Shown here piece by piece: positions 36,589-46,793 of a stretch of DNA of 64,000 nucleotides. How positions within the stretch are numbered: position 1 is the stretch's first letter; every line of letters begins with the position of its first letter. The notes under the pieces were generated by a model that did no database searches, had not been told where the DNA came from, and saw only the letters and a list, made by a program, of their open reading frames with translations. This stretch comes from Escherichia phage dhaeg. The stretch lies in sequence record MN850609.1. One strand, given 5' to 3'. Both the position numbers and the translations under genes were made by a program.

Positions 36589-37548
36589 ATGCTTACAGTA
36601 AATAATAATGAATTCATGTTCGAACAGAAATATCGTCCAGGTACTTTATCTGAATGTATTCTGCCTGCTCATGATAAAGAAACTCTCCAAGCCATTGTTA
36701 ATAAGGGCCTAATCCCTAACATTATCCTAGTCTCTGCTTCACCAGGCACAGGTAAAACTACCGTGGCTAAAGCATTGTGTGCTGATACAAATTCAGACAT
36801 GTTGTTTGTTAACGGTTCCGACTGTCGTATTGATTTCGTTCGTAACGAACTTACTCGTTTTGCATCTTCTAAATCTATCGAAGGTAAACGTAAGGTAATT
36901 GTTATTGACGAATTCGACCGTGCTGGTGTAGCTGAAGCTCAACGCCACCTTCGTTCATTCTTAGAGGCCTATTCCTCAAACTGTTCTGTAATTATTACAG
37001 CAAACAATATTGATGGTATCATCGGTCCACTTCAATCTCGTTGTCGCGTAATTAAATTTGGTGAAGCCACTCCAGCTGACCAAACAGCCATGATGAAAGA
37101 AATGATTCATCGTGCTGTAGCAATTTGTAAAAACGAAAATATCGAAGTCGAAGACCTTAAAGTTATTGCTGCTTTAGTTAAACAAAACTTCCCTGACTTC
37201 CGTAAAACAGTTAACCAACTAGACCGTTATTCCTCAAGTGGTAAAATCGATGCAGGCATTTTGAGTATTGTAATGAATACCAATTCGCCTATTGATGAAG
37301 TAGTGGCTGCACTGAAAGATAAAAACTTTAAAGAACTCCGTGCATTAGCTCCTCGTCATGTCAATGATTACGCCAACTTTATTATGGCACTGGCTAACGA
37401 ACTCTATGGTAAATTGCCTGGACCGAGCATTGTTAGAATGTATGAAATCGTCGGTGAAAATAACCAATACCATGGTATTGCTGCTAACCCAGAAATTCAC
37501 CTGACTTATCTTTTTATCCAACTTGCTCTGGAGCTCCAATGGCTATAA
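36589..37548 (+). CDS. 44: Clamp loader large subunit gp44 (AAA+)
   Basis: Walker A SPGTGKTT, DEFD, SRC motif; colinear with T4 gp44. Confidence 0.9.
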   Translation: MLTVNNNEFMFEQKYRPGTLSECILPAHDKETLQAIVNKGLIPNIILVSASPGTGKTTVAKALCADTNSDMLFVNGSDCRIDFVRNELTRFASSKSIEGKRKVIVIDEFDRAGVAEAQRHLRSFLEAYSSNCSVIITANNIDGIIGPLQSRCRVIKFGEATPADQTAMMKEMIHRAVAICKNENIEVEDLKVIAALVKQNFPDFRKTVNQLDRYSSSGKIDAGILSIVMNTNSPIDEVVAALKDKNFKELRALAPRHVNDYANFIMALANELYGKLPGPSIVRMYEIVGENNQYHGIAANPEIHLTYLFIQLALELQWL

Positions 37549-38111
37549 GTCTTTTTGATGATGACGTTGAACTGAATGAACATGAAGTTGCTTGGAAACA
37601 ACGTAACGACGCTGCTATTCAAGCCTTAGCCGATTCATTTAAAGAAAAGGCTGAAAACGAATTGTTTGCCATTATGAACGATATCACATACGGTAAAAAA
37701 CAACGTAACTTAGCTCAATCAGAAAACTATAATCAATTTTGGCTAGATAATAGTTTGAGCCAACACGTAGATTGCATTATGCAAGCCGCGATGGTTAACT
37801 GTCTTAAACTTGACGACCAAAGCCACTTCAACTATCTTTTACATGCTGTTCCTAAGGGTAAGAGATTTGGTAAATGGGCTAAGGCCCATGATGATGAAGT
37901 TAGTGTAGTTTTTATTACTCGTTTATTAATGAAATACCATTCAATTAATAATGATGACGCTTATCGTTATCTCGAGACTTATAAAATTAAAGGCCATCTT
38001 CCGGCGATGCTTAAGAAGATGAAAGGGTTGGTTACGGACGAGTTCCTGAAATCCGTAACTAAAAATGTGAAAGAACAAAAAGACTTGAAAAAGAAAGCAT
38101 TGGAATGGTAA
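37539..38111 (+). CDS. 62: Clamp loader small subunit gp62
   Basis: Position after 44 with overlapping start; about 190 aa. Confidence 0.75.
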   Translation: MAISLFDDDVELNEHEVAWKQRNDAAIQALADSFKEKAENELFAIMNDITYGKKQRNLAQSENYNQFWLDNSLSQHVDCIMQAAMVNCLKLDDQSHFNYLLHAVPKGKRFGKWAKAHDDEVSVVFITRLLMKYHSINNDDAYRYLETYKIKGHLPAMLKKMKGLVTDEFLKSVTKNVKEQKDLKKKALEW

Positions 38112-38117
38112 ATTAAA

Positions 38118-38480
38118 ATGATTGAAATTACTCTGAAGCAACCTGAAGACTTCCTAAAAGTGAAAGAGACCCTGACTCGTATGGGTATCGCTAATAATAA
38201 AGAAAAGAAACTATATCAATCCTGCCACATTTTGCAAAAGCAAGGACGGTATTATATTGTCCACTTTAAAGAGATGTTGCGTATGGACGGTCGCCAGGTA
38301 GATATCGATGGTGAAGACTACCAACGCCGCGATTCTATCGCCCAGCTTCTTAAGGATTGGGGACTTATTGATATTGTAGACGATTCTGAATTGTTCGAAA
38401 TTACTAATAATTTCCGTGTCATTTCCTTTAAACAGAAAAATGACTGGGAACTATTGTCTAAGTATACCATTGGTAATTAA
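38118..38480 (+). CDS. regA: Translational repressor RegA
   Basis: Near-colinear with T4 RegA as recalled (MIEITLKQPEDFLKVKETLTRMGIANNKEK...). Confidence 0.85.
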   Translation: MIEITLKQPEDFLKVKETLTRMGIANNKEKKLYQSCHILQKQGRYYIVHFKEMLRMDGRQVDIDGEDYQRRDSIAQLLKDWGLIDIVDDSELFEITNNFRVISFKQKNDWELLSKYTIGN

Positions 38481-38481
38481 T

Positions 38482-38697
38482 ATGATTCTTGAAATTGAAA
38501 TGTGTGAACGTCTTAAAGAGGTGTACGGGCTTTCACCAACTCAAACTGTTTTTGACCTTTCCGAAGAGCTCCAAATAGAATTTCAAAAGGACCTCCATAA
38601 GTTACTACATCCAGGTCAGCAAGTCTTCCAGGCTATGATTAGAACTAAAGGCGAAGATGGCAATCCGACTATTAAACGTTTGACAATAGAAATTTAA
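38482..38697 (+). CDS. Hypothetical small protein
   Basis: TAATATG junction with regA. Confidence 0.5.
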   Translation: MILEIEMCERLKEVYGLSPTQTVFDLSEELQIEFQKDLHKLLHPGQQVFQAMIRTKGEDGNPTIKRLTIEI

Positions 38698-38700
38698 GCA

Positions 38701-38722
38701 AAGGGACTTCGGTCCCTTTTTT
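38701..38722 (+). terminator. Rho-independent terminator / structured element upstream of gene 43
   Basis: GGGAC-TTCG-GTCCC followed by TTTTTT. Confidence 0.55.
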
Positions 38723-38780
38723 GGAGTATAATGATTCATCAACAAACAAAAGACAATCACTCGTCTATAAAGGAAATGAA

Positions 38781-41492
38781 ATGCAAGAATTCTATTTGAC
38801 AGTCGAACAAATCGGTGATAATATTCTCGAACGTTACATCGATAAAAATGGTAACGAACGTAGTCGTGAAGTTCCTTACAAGCCTACAATGTTTATGCAT
38901 GCTAACCCAGAGCAAGCCGTAAAATATATTGACATCTACGGTAAGGGCTGTGTTAAGAAAGAATTCGATTCAATGCGCGATGCTTCTCAGTGGATGAAGC
39001 GCATGGACGATATGGGTCTCGAAGCCCTTGGTATGGATGACTATAAATTAGCCTATTTGTCTGATACCTATCGTAAAGAAATCAAGTATGATTCTTCTAA
39101 GATTCGTATTGCTAACTTCGACATCGAGGTAACATCTCCTGATGGATTCCCTGAACCTGCCCAGGCTAAACATCCTATCGATGCCATTACTCACTACGAC
39201 TCGATTGATGATAAATTCTATGTATTCGACCTTTTAGTTTCACCTTATGGTACGGTCGAAGAGTGGTCGATTAAAATCGCTGAGAAACTCCAAGACGAAG
39301 GTGGTGACGAAGTTCCACAGGAAATCATTGACAAAATCGTTTATCTTCCGTTTAATTCTGAAGAAGAAATGATGCTTGAGTATCTTAATTTCTGGCAACA
39401 AAAAACTCCTGTGATTTTGACTGGATGGAACGTTGAATCATTTGACGTGCCATACGTTTATAACCGTCTGAAAAATCTGTTTGGTGAGAACACTGCTAAG
39501 CGATTAAGCCCGCATCGTAAGACTCGTGTTAAAGTTATCGAGAACATGTACGGCGCTCGCGAAATTATTACACTGTTCGGTATCTCTGTTCTGGATTATA
39601 TCGACCTTTATAAAAAATTCAGCTTTACTAACCAGCCTTCTTATTCTCTGGATTACGTTTCTGAATATGAATTGAAAGTAGGTAAGTTGAAATATGATGG
39701 TCCTATCTCCAAGTTACGTGAGACGAACCACCAACGATATATTTCCTATAACATTATCGACGTATATCGTGTTGTGCAGATTGATATGAAACGCCAGTTC
39801 ATTCTTCTTAGTCTGGACATGGGTTACTATGCCAAGATGCAGATTCAGTCGGTGTTCAGTCCAATTAAGACTTGGGACGCTATTATCTTTAATAGCCTTA
39901 AAGAACAGGGTAAAGTTATTCCTCAGGCCAAATCGCATGCGGTTCAACCTTATCCAGGCGCTTTCGTTAAGGAACCTATTCCTAACGCGTACAAATATGT
40001 AATGAGTTTCGACCTTACATCTCTGTACCCGAGTATCATTCGACAAGTGAATATAAGCCCAGAGACCATCGCAGGGACATTCGCAAACGCGCCGATACAT
40101 GAATATATTGCCGGAACTGCTCCGCGTCCTAGCGACACCTACAGTTGCTCTCCTAACGGCATGATGTACTATAAAGACCGTGATGGTGTGATTCCTACAG
40201 AAATCACGAAGGTGTTCTTACAACGTAAAGAACATAAAGGTTATATGCTTGCAGCTCAACGTAATGGTGAGTTAATTAAAGAAGCATTAGAAAATCCTAA
40301 TCTGTCTGTTGATAGTCCATTGGATGTTGATTATCGTTTCGACTTCTCTGACGAAGTCAAAGCCCAGATTAAAAAATTGTCAGCCTCTTCTTTAAAAGAA
40401 ATGTTGTTCAAAGCCGAACGTACTGAAGTCGCAGGTATGACTGCTCAGATTAACCGTAAATTGCTTATCAACTCCCTTTATGGTGCACTTGGTAACGTAT
40501 GGTTCCGTTACTATGACCTCAGGAACGCAACTGCAATAACATTGTTTGGTCAAATGGCCCTCCAATGGATTGAACGTAAGGTTAACGAATATCTGAATGG
40601 TGTGTGCAAGACTGAAAACCAGAAGTTCGTGCTCTATGGTGATACCGACTCCATTTATGTTAAGGCCGATGCAATCATCAATAAAGTAGGCGAAGACAAA
40701 TTCCGTGATACCAACCACTGGGTCGACTTCTTAGATAAATTTGCACGTGAACGTATGGAACCAGCTATTGATGCAGGCTTCCGTGAGATGTGTGAATACA
40801 TGAACAATAAACAGCACTTGATGTTCATGGACCGAGAAGCTATCGCTGGTCCTCCACTTGGTTCTAAAGGTCTTGGTGGATTCTGGACAGGCAAGAAACG
40901 TTATGCACTGAACGTTTGGGACATGGAAGGTACTCGCTATGCCGAACCACACTTGAAAATCATGGGTCTCGAAACCCAGAAATCAAGTACACCTAAAGCG
41001 GTTCAGAAAGCTCTGAAAGAATGTATCCGACGTATGCTTCAAGAAGGCGAGGCCTCTTTGCAAGAATATTTCAAACAGTTTAATAAGGAATTTAACGAAC
41101 TAGACTATGTAAGCATTGCTGCAGTATCCAGTGCTAACAACATCGAGAAATATAATGAAGGCGGTTTCCCTGGTTCTAAATGTCCGTACCACATCAAAGG
41201 TTGCTTAGCTTACATGCGTGCTTCTGCCGGTGATTTGACTATGCCTCGTATCGTTGATGGTGAAAAGGTATATGTACTGCCACTTAAAGAAGGCAACCCG
41301 TTCGGTGAAGCTTGTATGGCATGGCCGTCAGGTATTGAACTTCCGATTCAGATTCGTGACCAAGTCCTCCGTTGGATGGACTACAATGTACTGTTCCAAA
41401 AGACCTTTATCAAACCTCTGACCGGTTTTACTGAGTCTGCTAAAATCGACTACGAGAAAAAAGCAACATTATTTGACATGTTTGACTTTTAA
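38781..41492 (+). CDS. 43: DNA polymerase gp43 (family B, 3'-5' exonuclease + polymerase)
   Basis: Colinear with T4 gp43 from MQEFY...; Exo motifs (FDIE, YNIIDV), pol motifs (DLTSLYPSI, YGDTDS); SD AAAGGAAATG. Confidence 0.95.
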   Translation: MQEFYLTVEQIGDNILERYIDKNGNERSREVPYKPTMFMHANPEQAVKYIDIYGKGCVKKEFDSMRDASQWMKRMDDMGLEALGMDDYKLAYLSDTYRKEIKYDSSKIRIANFDIEVTSPDGFPEPAQAKHPIDAITHYDSIDDKFYVFDLLVSPYGTVEEWSIKIAEKLQDEGGDEVPQEIIDKIVYLPFNSEEEMMLEYLNFWQQKTPVILTGWNVESFDVPYVYNRLKNLFGENTAKRLSPHRKTRVKVIENMYGAREIITLFGISVLDYIDLYKKFSFTNQPSYSLDYVSEYELKVGKLKYDGPISKLRETNHQRYISYNIIDVYRVVQIDMKRQFILLSLDMGYYAKMQIQSVFSPIKTWDAIIFNSLKEQGKVIPQAKSHAVQPYPGAFVKEPIPNAYKYVMSFDLTSLYPSIIRQVNISPETIAGTFANAPIHEYIAGTAPRPSDTYSCSPNGMMYYKDRDGVIPTEITKVFLQRKEHKGYMLAAQRNGELIKEALENPNLSVDSPLDVDYRFDFSDEVKAQIKKLSASSLKEMLFKAERTEVAGMTAQINRKLLINSLYGALGNVWFRYYDLRNATAITLFGQMALQWIERKVNEYLNGVCKTENQKFVLYGDTDSIYVKADAIINKVGEDKFRDTNHWVDFLDKFARERMEPAIDAGFREMCEYMNNKQHLMFMDREAIAGPPLGSKGLGGFWTGKKRYALNVWDMEGTRYAEPHLKIMGLETQKSSTPKAVQKALKECIRRMLQEGEASLQEYFKQFNKEFNELDYVSIAAVSSANNIEKYNEGGFPGSKCPYHIKGCLAYMRASAGDLTMPRIVDGEKVYVLPLKEGNPFGEACMAWPSGIELPIQIRDQVLRWMDYNVLFQKTFIKPLTGFTESAKIDYEKKATLFDMFDF

Positions 41493-41494
41493 GT

Positions 41495-41536
41495 GTTTAC
41501 ATACCACATGGAACGTGGTAGTATCCTTCCTATCAA
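41495..41536 (+). promoter_or_regulatory. Early promoter cassette (GTTTAC-N18-TGgTAGTATCCTTCCTATCAAC)
   Basis: GTTTAC 41495-41500, -10 TAGTAT 41519-41524. Confidence 0.5.
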
Positions 41537-41554
41537 CTACATGAGGAAATTATA

Positions 41555-41791
41555 ATGGAAGCTTTAATCGTTAGTGCTGGTGTTTTAGGATTCGGTTCTC
41601 TGGTTATTATGTTCATTGGTTACTTTTTACCATGGATTCTGGCTCTTCTGCGAGGCACTCGTAGCAATGTCGGAATCTTCTTCCTTAATCTCCTGTTAGG
41701 ATGGACGATGATTGGTTGGGTAGTGGCTTTAATCTGGGCTATCGTCGCTGAACGTAAATCAAACGCACAAATCATTATCGTTAAACAATGA
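41555..41791 (+). CDS. imm: Superinfection immunity protein (Imm family membrane protein)
   Basis: Two TM helices; motif LPWILALLRG...NLLLGWTMIGWVVALIWA typical of Imm superinfection-immunity family; position after gene 43. Confidence 0.7.
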   Translation: MEALIVSAGVLGFGSLVIMFIGYFLPWILALLRGTRSNVGIFFLNLLLGWTMIGWVVALIWAIVAERKSNAQIIIVKQ

Positions 41792-41922
41792 AGATAATTA
41801 TTTTATTTCTTATAATGGTTGCCTTTACCATTTATTGGGCAGTGGCAATTCCTCCAATGATTCCAACATTAATCATGGGATGGATTATTCTTATAGCACA
41901 AATTAAGTATAACTGTTTTAAT
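41788..41922 (+). CDS. Possible small hydrophobic peptide (44 aa)
   Basis: ATGA overlap with imm stop. Confidence 0.3.
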
Positions 41923-41932
41923 TGAGGATATT

Positions 41933-42433
41933 ATGAAAAAGTTAATTATCGCAATGAGTATGCTCCTATCAGGTTGCGCGGTCCAATACGGCGATGCAGT
42001 TTCGGCTGATGAAGTTGGTAAAGCTCGTATTGCAGCTGAACAGAAACAATTCGACGGCGAAATGAAATTCCGTGCTGGTTCTGGACTTGTGTATACCCGA
42101 GCTAATAATCAATGTGGTAATAACTGTGCAAAATATGCTCAAAGGGAAATCGAATTCCAACGTGAACAAGAGTCTAAGCGTGAAGCGGTACTAGCCAAAC
42201 ACCAGGCAGAAATGAAGCGCCAAGATGATTTGTACAAAAAGCAGAAACTGTACGCGATGTGTGTAAACCATATCAATCTACAGATTTCCGTCCACGAGGC
42301 CCGTTATTACGAAATGCTCGAAACCGAGAGCTTCGATAAGGCGCGCGATTATAAGAAACAAATCAACAAGCTTAAGACCAAAGTGCCTGCTGCAGTAGAA
42401 CAGTGCATGGAATACGGTAAAGATAAGATTTAA
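41933..42433 (+). CDS. Lipoprotein
   Basis: Lipobox LLSGC; SD GAGGATATTATG. Confidence 0.6.
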   Translation: MKKLIIAMSMLLSGCAVQYGDAVSADEVGKARIAAEQKQFDGEMKFRAGSGLVYTRANNQCGNNCAKYAQREIEFQREQESKREAVLAKHQAEMKRQDDLYKKQKLYAMCVNHINLQISVHEARYYEMLETESFDKARDYKKQINKLKTKVPAAVEQCMEYGKDKI

Positions 42434-42493
42434 GCAATAGAAATTTATTAAAAATAGTGTATAATGTATCTACATTCACTTGAGGAACAGATA

Positions 42494-44167
42494 ATGAAAA
42501 AGGTTGTTATTTTAGGCGCAGGTCTTGGCTCACGGTTGTATCCAATTACTAACGAAATCCCGAAGGTATTGGTTAACTACAAACAACATACTGTATTAAA
42601 ACATTTGTATGATTTGTATAGTAACCAATCAGATGAAATTATTCTGGTTATCCACAGCAAATTTAACGACCTCGTTAAAGGCTATATTAAATCCATTAAC
42701 ATGATTACTGGCGATAAGCCTAAATTCACTATTCGTAACGTTGATGTTGCTAATGGTTCGGCCCATGCTATCGATTGCATTGCCGAAGATATCATTGGCC
42801 ATAATGTCTTGTTTAACTGGTGTGACATCATTCCTATCGGTCATAAAGTTGAATGGGGTAACGACTACTGTTATACCTATGGAACCGACTGTCGTTTTAC
42901 ATTCGAAGAACCATATTTACGTGAAATTGGTACTGGTGGTGGCGTAGTTGGTTTGTATCAGGTGGCTAACTGGACAGGTTTCGACCGTTCTAATTATGGT
43001 GAAGACCTTGCTGATAACCTGGATTCAATGGTCTATTTGACCGAACGTAAACTAGACTTTGTAGTTGATGTCGGTGACAAATTGAAACTGGCTAAGGCCC
43101 ATGAAGAATCTGAAATCAATCGTGAATTTAATAAATTAGAATTCACTGAGAATCTGGCCATTAAAGTACCAACTAACGAATTAGGTAAAGAAATTCAATC
43201 TAAAGAAATCAATTGGTATAATTCTATTGATTCTGAATTTGTTCCTAGTATTGTGGACTTTTCTCCAGGCGAATTCATTAAAATGGAACGTATCTTTGGT
43301 CGTACCATGGCAGATGCCTACCGCTTTATGTCCAAAGAAACTAAAGTCCTCATGGTTTATAAGGTCATTAGTGCATTACGTTCATTTGGTGGAACTATCG
43401 ATAATCCGTCCGATGAACAATGGTATTCTGATGTTAAGAAAGAAGTATTGGACAAGGTCCTTATTCGTAATGCTTCTATTGCTGGATTGATTGAAGGCTT
43501 TGCTCCACAAGGCATTACCCACGTTAACGATTTCAAAGTAGGCGACCCTGAAAAACTTCTCCGCCATGCACTAGAAATTCTGTCTGAACATAAAGAACCA
43601 TACCAACTTATTCATGGCGACCCGCACTACAGTAATATTATGCTGTCGGACGAAGGTGATATTAAAATCATCGACCCACGCGGTTATTTCGGTAATAGTT
43701 CTAAAGGCCCTGCGATTTATGATGAAGCTAAGGTGCTTTATTCTATCGATGGCTATGATAAATTTAACTCAGACCCTCTATGGGGTGGATTAACTCGTAA
43801 CGGAACTCGTGTATTCGTTGATATCGAAAAGGTTATGCCTTTAGACGATATCCCTATGTGCACATTTAAGCACAAGCTCTGGATTGCCGTTATTTGGATG
43901 GCTCTGGCAGGTTACTTTAAGAATAACCCTCTGAAAGCTCTGGGTGCTTATTATAATGGTTTGTATCAACTGAGTGTGCTGCTGAAGCGGCATCCTCGTA
44001 AGCGTAAGCTTATTACGGGTGAATTTGTCGATGAAGTTCGTGACCCTATTACGGCTCAAATTATTACTCGTTGTCCTGATAAGTGGGTTTTGCTTGACCA
44101 GGAAACTGGTGTAAAATATAAACCTACAGGTTCTACTGAACTCCACAAACAATGGAAGAAAATTTAA
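42494..44167 (+). CDS. Bifunctional sugar-1-phosphate nucleotidyltransferase / APH-fold (anomeric sugar or choline-type) kinase
   Basis: N-term MKKVVILGAGLGSRLYPITNEIPKVL (GxGxR..PxT..PK NTase signature); C-term HGDPHYSNIM ... IIDPRGYFG kinase catalytic/ Mg loops; ATG after SD GAGGAA. Confidence 0.65.
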   Translation: MKKVVILGAGLGSRLYPITNEIPKVLVNYKQHTVLKHLYDLYSNQSDEIILVIHSKFNDLVKGYIKSINMITGDKPKFTIRNVDVANGSAHAIDCIAEDIIGHNVLFNWCDIIPIGHKVEWGNDYCYTYGTDCRFTFEEPYLREIGTGGGVVGLYQVANWTGFDRSNYGEDLADNLDSMVYLTERKLDFVVDVGDKLKLAKAHEESEINREFNKLEFTENLAIKVPTNELGKEIQSKEINWYNSIDSEFVPSIVDFSPGEFIKMERIFGRTMADAYRFMSKETKVLMVYKVISALRSFGGTIDNPSDEQWYSDVKKEVLDKVLIRNASIAGLIEGFAPQGITHVNDFKVGDPEKLLRHALEILSEHKEPYQLIHGDPHYSNIMLSDEGDIKIIDPRGYFGNSSKGPAIYDEAKVLYSIDGYDKFNSDPLWGGLTRNGTRVFVDIEKVMPLDDIPMCTFKHKLWIAVIWMALAGYFKNNPLKALGAYYNGLYQLSVLLKRHPRKRKLITGEFVDEVRDPITAQIITRCPDKWVLLDQETGVKYKPTGSTELHKQWKKI

Positions 44168-44550
44168 TGTCGCATCGAGTAGAAAATAAGCCACATTTAT
44201 GTTTTGATATCGATAACACAATCACGATTTGGAACCATGACCGTGATTATGAGAACTTTAAACCGGACACCGAAATGGTGTCCATGATTAATAAGCTTTA
44301 TGATGAAGGGTACGAGATTACATTGTTCACTGCCCGTGGCATGACTTCATGTGGCCCAGGTCGAATCTTGGTTGAAGTAGTTCCTGCATTGGTTAAGAAT
44401 CTTGAAAAAATTGGATTGAAATATCACAATTTGCTTACACACAAGCCGAGTTATACTTTTATCATCGATGACCGAGCAATCCGTCCTGACCACTTTAAAG
44501 AATTGGTTCGTGAAGGAACTCTTGATAGTTATAAGGCCTATCATCCATGA
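44167..44550 (+). CDS. HAD-superfamily phosphatase-like protein
   Basis: Motif I CFDIDNTIT (DxDxT); 127 aa. Confidence 0.55.
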   Translation: MSHRVENKPHLCFDIDNTITIWNHDRDYENFKPDTEMVSMINKLYDEGYEITLFTARGMTSCGPGRILVEVVPALVKNLEKIGLKYHNLLTHKPSYTFIIDDRAIRPDHFKELVREGTLDSYKAYHP

Positions 44551-45083
44551 ATCCAAAAATCATTGTTATAGACGGCCCGGATAATTCCGGGAAGTCCACT
44601 TTAATTAAAAATCTGTTATCCAATAAGAAATACCGCCTTATTGATTTTCCTAAAAAGATTAATGGCAAGTGTATTTCATTAGGAACTGATAACGATAAGG
44701 CTTTAGTTGAAACTCTGTATAAGTTTTTAGACCCTAATTTCGTTTATATCCTTGACCGTGGTTATCCAAGTAATATTGTTTACTCAGGATTCCTTCGTGG
44801 TGAAATGGACCCTTATGTAGAACTGGAAGATTGGAAAGGGTTTAAATCTGAATTTAACGTTATCGAGGTTATTTTAACTCGCAACCCATTAGACGAAGAC
44901 TTCGAAGATGACCTTATTAAATTAACCAAAGATGAGTTCAACCTAACTATCCAGCAATACGAAACATGTTTTGAAAACGTGTTTAAAATCTTAAATCATG
45001 ACGGTCATAATAATTTGCTTAATGTTGATATGGTAGAATTAAAACGTCTGAACGAATATATTGAAAATAAGGTGAATAAATGA
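44547..45083 (+). CDS. P-loop nucleotide kinase (thymidylate/dNMP kinase-like)
   Basis: IVIDGPDNSGKSTL Walker A and LDRGYPS; 178 aa. Confidence 0.55.
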   Translation: MNPKIIVIDGPDNSGKSTLIKNLLSNKKYRLIDFPKKINGKCISLGTDNDKALVETLYKFLDPNFVYILDRGYPSNIVYSGFLRGEMDPYVELEDWKGFKSEFNVIEVILTRNPLDEDFEDDLIKLTKDEFNLTIQQYETCFENVFKILNHDGHNNLLNVDMVELKRLNEYIENKVNK

Positions 45084-45778
45084 AACACATTACCGCTGTT
45101 AGTTTTGAAAACGCATTTAAACAAATGAACGAAGAAATCCTGGAAGCTCCACAGTTTGCAGTTGATTCTCGTATCGGACGCTGTTATGAAATTGGTTCTG
45201 CTTCAGTAGAAGTACTGGATGCCAGCACCTATAAATTCACCGACCCACGTATCAATCGTATCAGTTATGAATATGCCGAATCCTTTTGGAAATTTATGAT
45301 TTCTGGTGGTACTGACGCTGCCGAAGCATTTAAGGAATACCCTAATGTTGCTAAGTTCATTGATAAGCCGAAAAGTGACGTATTGCCTGCAAACTTCAAC
45401 ACTTTCTATGGACCTCGAATTGTGGCCCAGCTCCCAGCCCTACTTAAAGAGCTTAAAGAAAAGGCTAACTCGCGAAGAGTTGTGTTCCAGATTCTCCAAG
45501 AACAAGACCAAGCCCTCCTTGATTCTGACGAATCCTTAGAATACCCGTGCACCGATTCAGTAACGTATTATATTCGTGATGGTCGTTTGTATGCACATAC
45601 CCATATGCGTTCACAAAACTGCGCTGTTGTTATGCAGCTGGATTTCTATCTGCAGGGTAAACTGATGGCATTTATTGCCGAACAGTGTGGTGTCGGTTTA
45701 GGTACGTATTCCCACACCATGGTAAGTGCACACGTGTTTGAACGTGATTTTGACTACGTCCGAGGTTTCCTGAAATGA
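45080..45778 (+). CDS. Thymidylate-synthase-family pyrimidine hydroxymethylase (diverged gp42-like)
   Basis: YPCTDSVTYYIRDGRLYAHTHMRSQN vs T4 gp42 FMCTNTVQYLIRDKKINAVVNMRSND (catalytic Cys context), position of gene 42. Confidence 0.6.
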   Translation: MKHITAVSFENAFKQMNEEILEAPQFAVDSRIGRCYEIGSASVEVLDASTYKFTDPRINRISYEYAESFWKFMISGGTDAAEAFKEYPNVAKFIDKPKSDVLPANFNTFYGPRIVAQLPALLKELKEKANSRRVVFQILQEQDQALLDSDESLEYPCTDSVTYYIRDGRLYAHTHMRSQNCAVVMQLDFYLQGKLMAFIAEQCGVGLGTYSHTMVSAHVFERDFDYVRGFLK

Positions 45779-46668
45779 GTTTGTTTATCGTTCCTATTTT
45801 CAGTATGCGTAGTTACGAAACAGGTGAATATGCCGTCCTTAAGGACGGTAATTTTCAACTCCATTTAAATCGTGCTCGTCCAGGTGATTATCTGGCTTAT
45901 CCTAGAAATTCGAGCGATATCAAAGAATGCATTGAATTATTCCCAGAACTGAATTTCGTACCACTTTGGTATAAAGAAAATGCTTATGAAACCCGTAAAC
46001 ATTTCTGGTCCGAAAATGAGTTTGTAGTCGATTCACTAATCGAATACTATGATTGCTCAGGACTGGTAACCGATATCACCGGTTATGATGGTGCTCATAC
46101 TGTACAATTCAACTTTAATATCACAATGGACCCTGAAGTTCCTCGTTATTATATCGACGAGTTCATTGATATTGATGTGGCTTCAGTTGAACGTTCACTT
46201 TATACTACAGTCCTGAATCAATGCCAGAAAGACGTCCTGGTGTCACGAGGTGCATCCTCTGATAAGATTTTTGTAGACCAAAAGGTAATTAATCCTGCAG
46301 TAATTGAGCGTTACTCTGATGGTCTAGCGCCTATTAAAATTGATGGTATTTTCCATCCATTCCGTATTTCGGATAAGTGCTATCAATTCGAAAGAGTTGT
46401 AGACCAAGCTGCCGCTGAAGGTGCTCGTCTTTATATCACCGACCCGAATGATTCATTTAAGCGTGAAGACTATCGTCCTGATGTAGAGATTGTTAAATTC
46501 AAACCGAGTAAGGTTGAATATTATCAGATTCTGAAATCAAGACCACATATCATTTATCATGAGAACCCAGGTTTAGTATTCCATCCTGGTCTGGCTGAAT
46601 TCATTTATTTCGGTGCCCATATTCATTCTGAGTACGAAATGCCACGTTATGAGGACGTAGTATGCTAG
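45775..46668 (+). CDS. Unknown 297-aa protein in the beta-gt slot; candidate DNA sugar transferase
   Basis: Position only (between hydroxymethylase and uvsX where T4 has beta-gt); no similarity to T4 beta-gt seen. Confidence 0.35.
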   Translation: MSLFIVPIFSMRSYETGEYAVLKDGNFQLHLNRARPGDYLAYPRNSSDIKECIELFPELNFVPLWYKENAYETRKHFWSENEFVVDSLIEYYDCSGLVTDITGYDGAHTVQFNFNITMDPEVPRYYIDEFIDIDVASVERSLYTTVLNQCQKDVLVSRGASSDKIFVDQKVINPAVIERYSDGLAPIKIDGIFHPFRISDKCYQFERVVDQAAAEGARLYITDPNDSFKREDYRPDVEIVKFKPSKVEYYQILKSRPHIIYHENPGLVFHPGLAEFIYFGAHIHSEYEMPRYEDVVC

Positions 46669-46793
46669 GTCCTCTATTGCTTTTTATAGGTTTGTTATTA
46701 TTCTCTTTCGGAGCCCTTCTAGTATTATGCTGGCTCGAGAAACGAGAAGTTCGGAAGATAGTCGATAAGGCTATCAACCGAGGAATTAAGTAA
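46662..46793 (+). CDS. Possible small membrane peptide (43 aa)
   Basis: ATG overlapping upstream stop; hydrophobic. Confidence 0.3.
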   Translation: MLGPLLLFIGLLLFSFGALLVLCWLEKREVRKIVDKAINRGIK

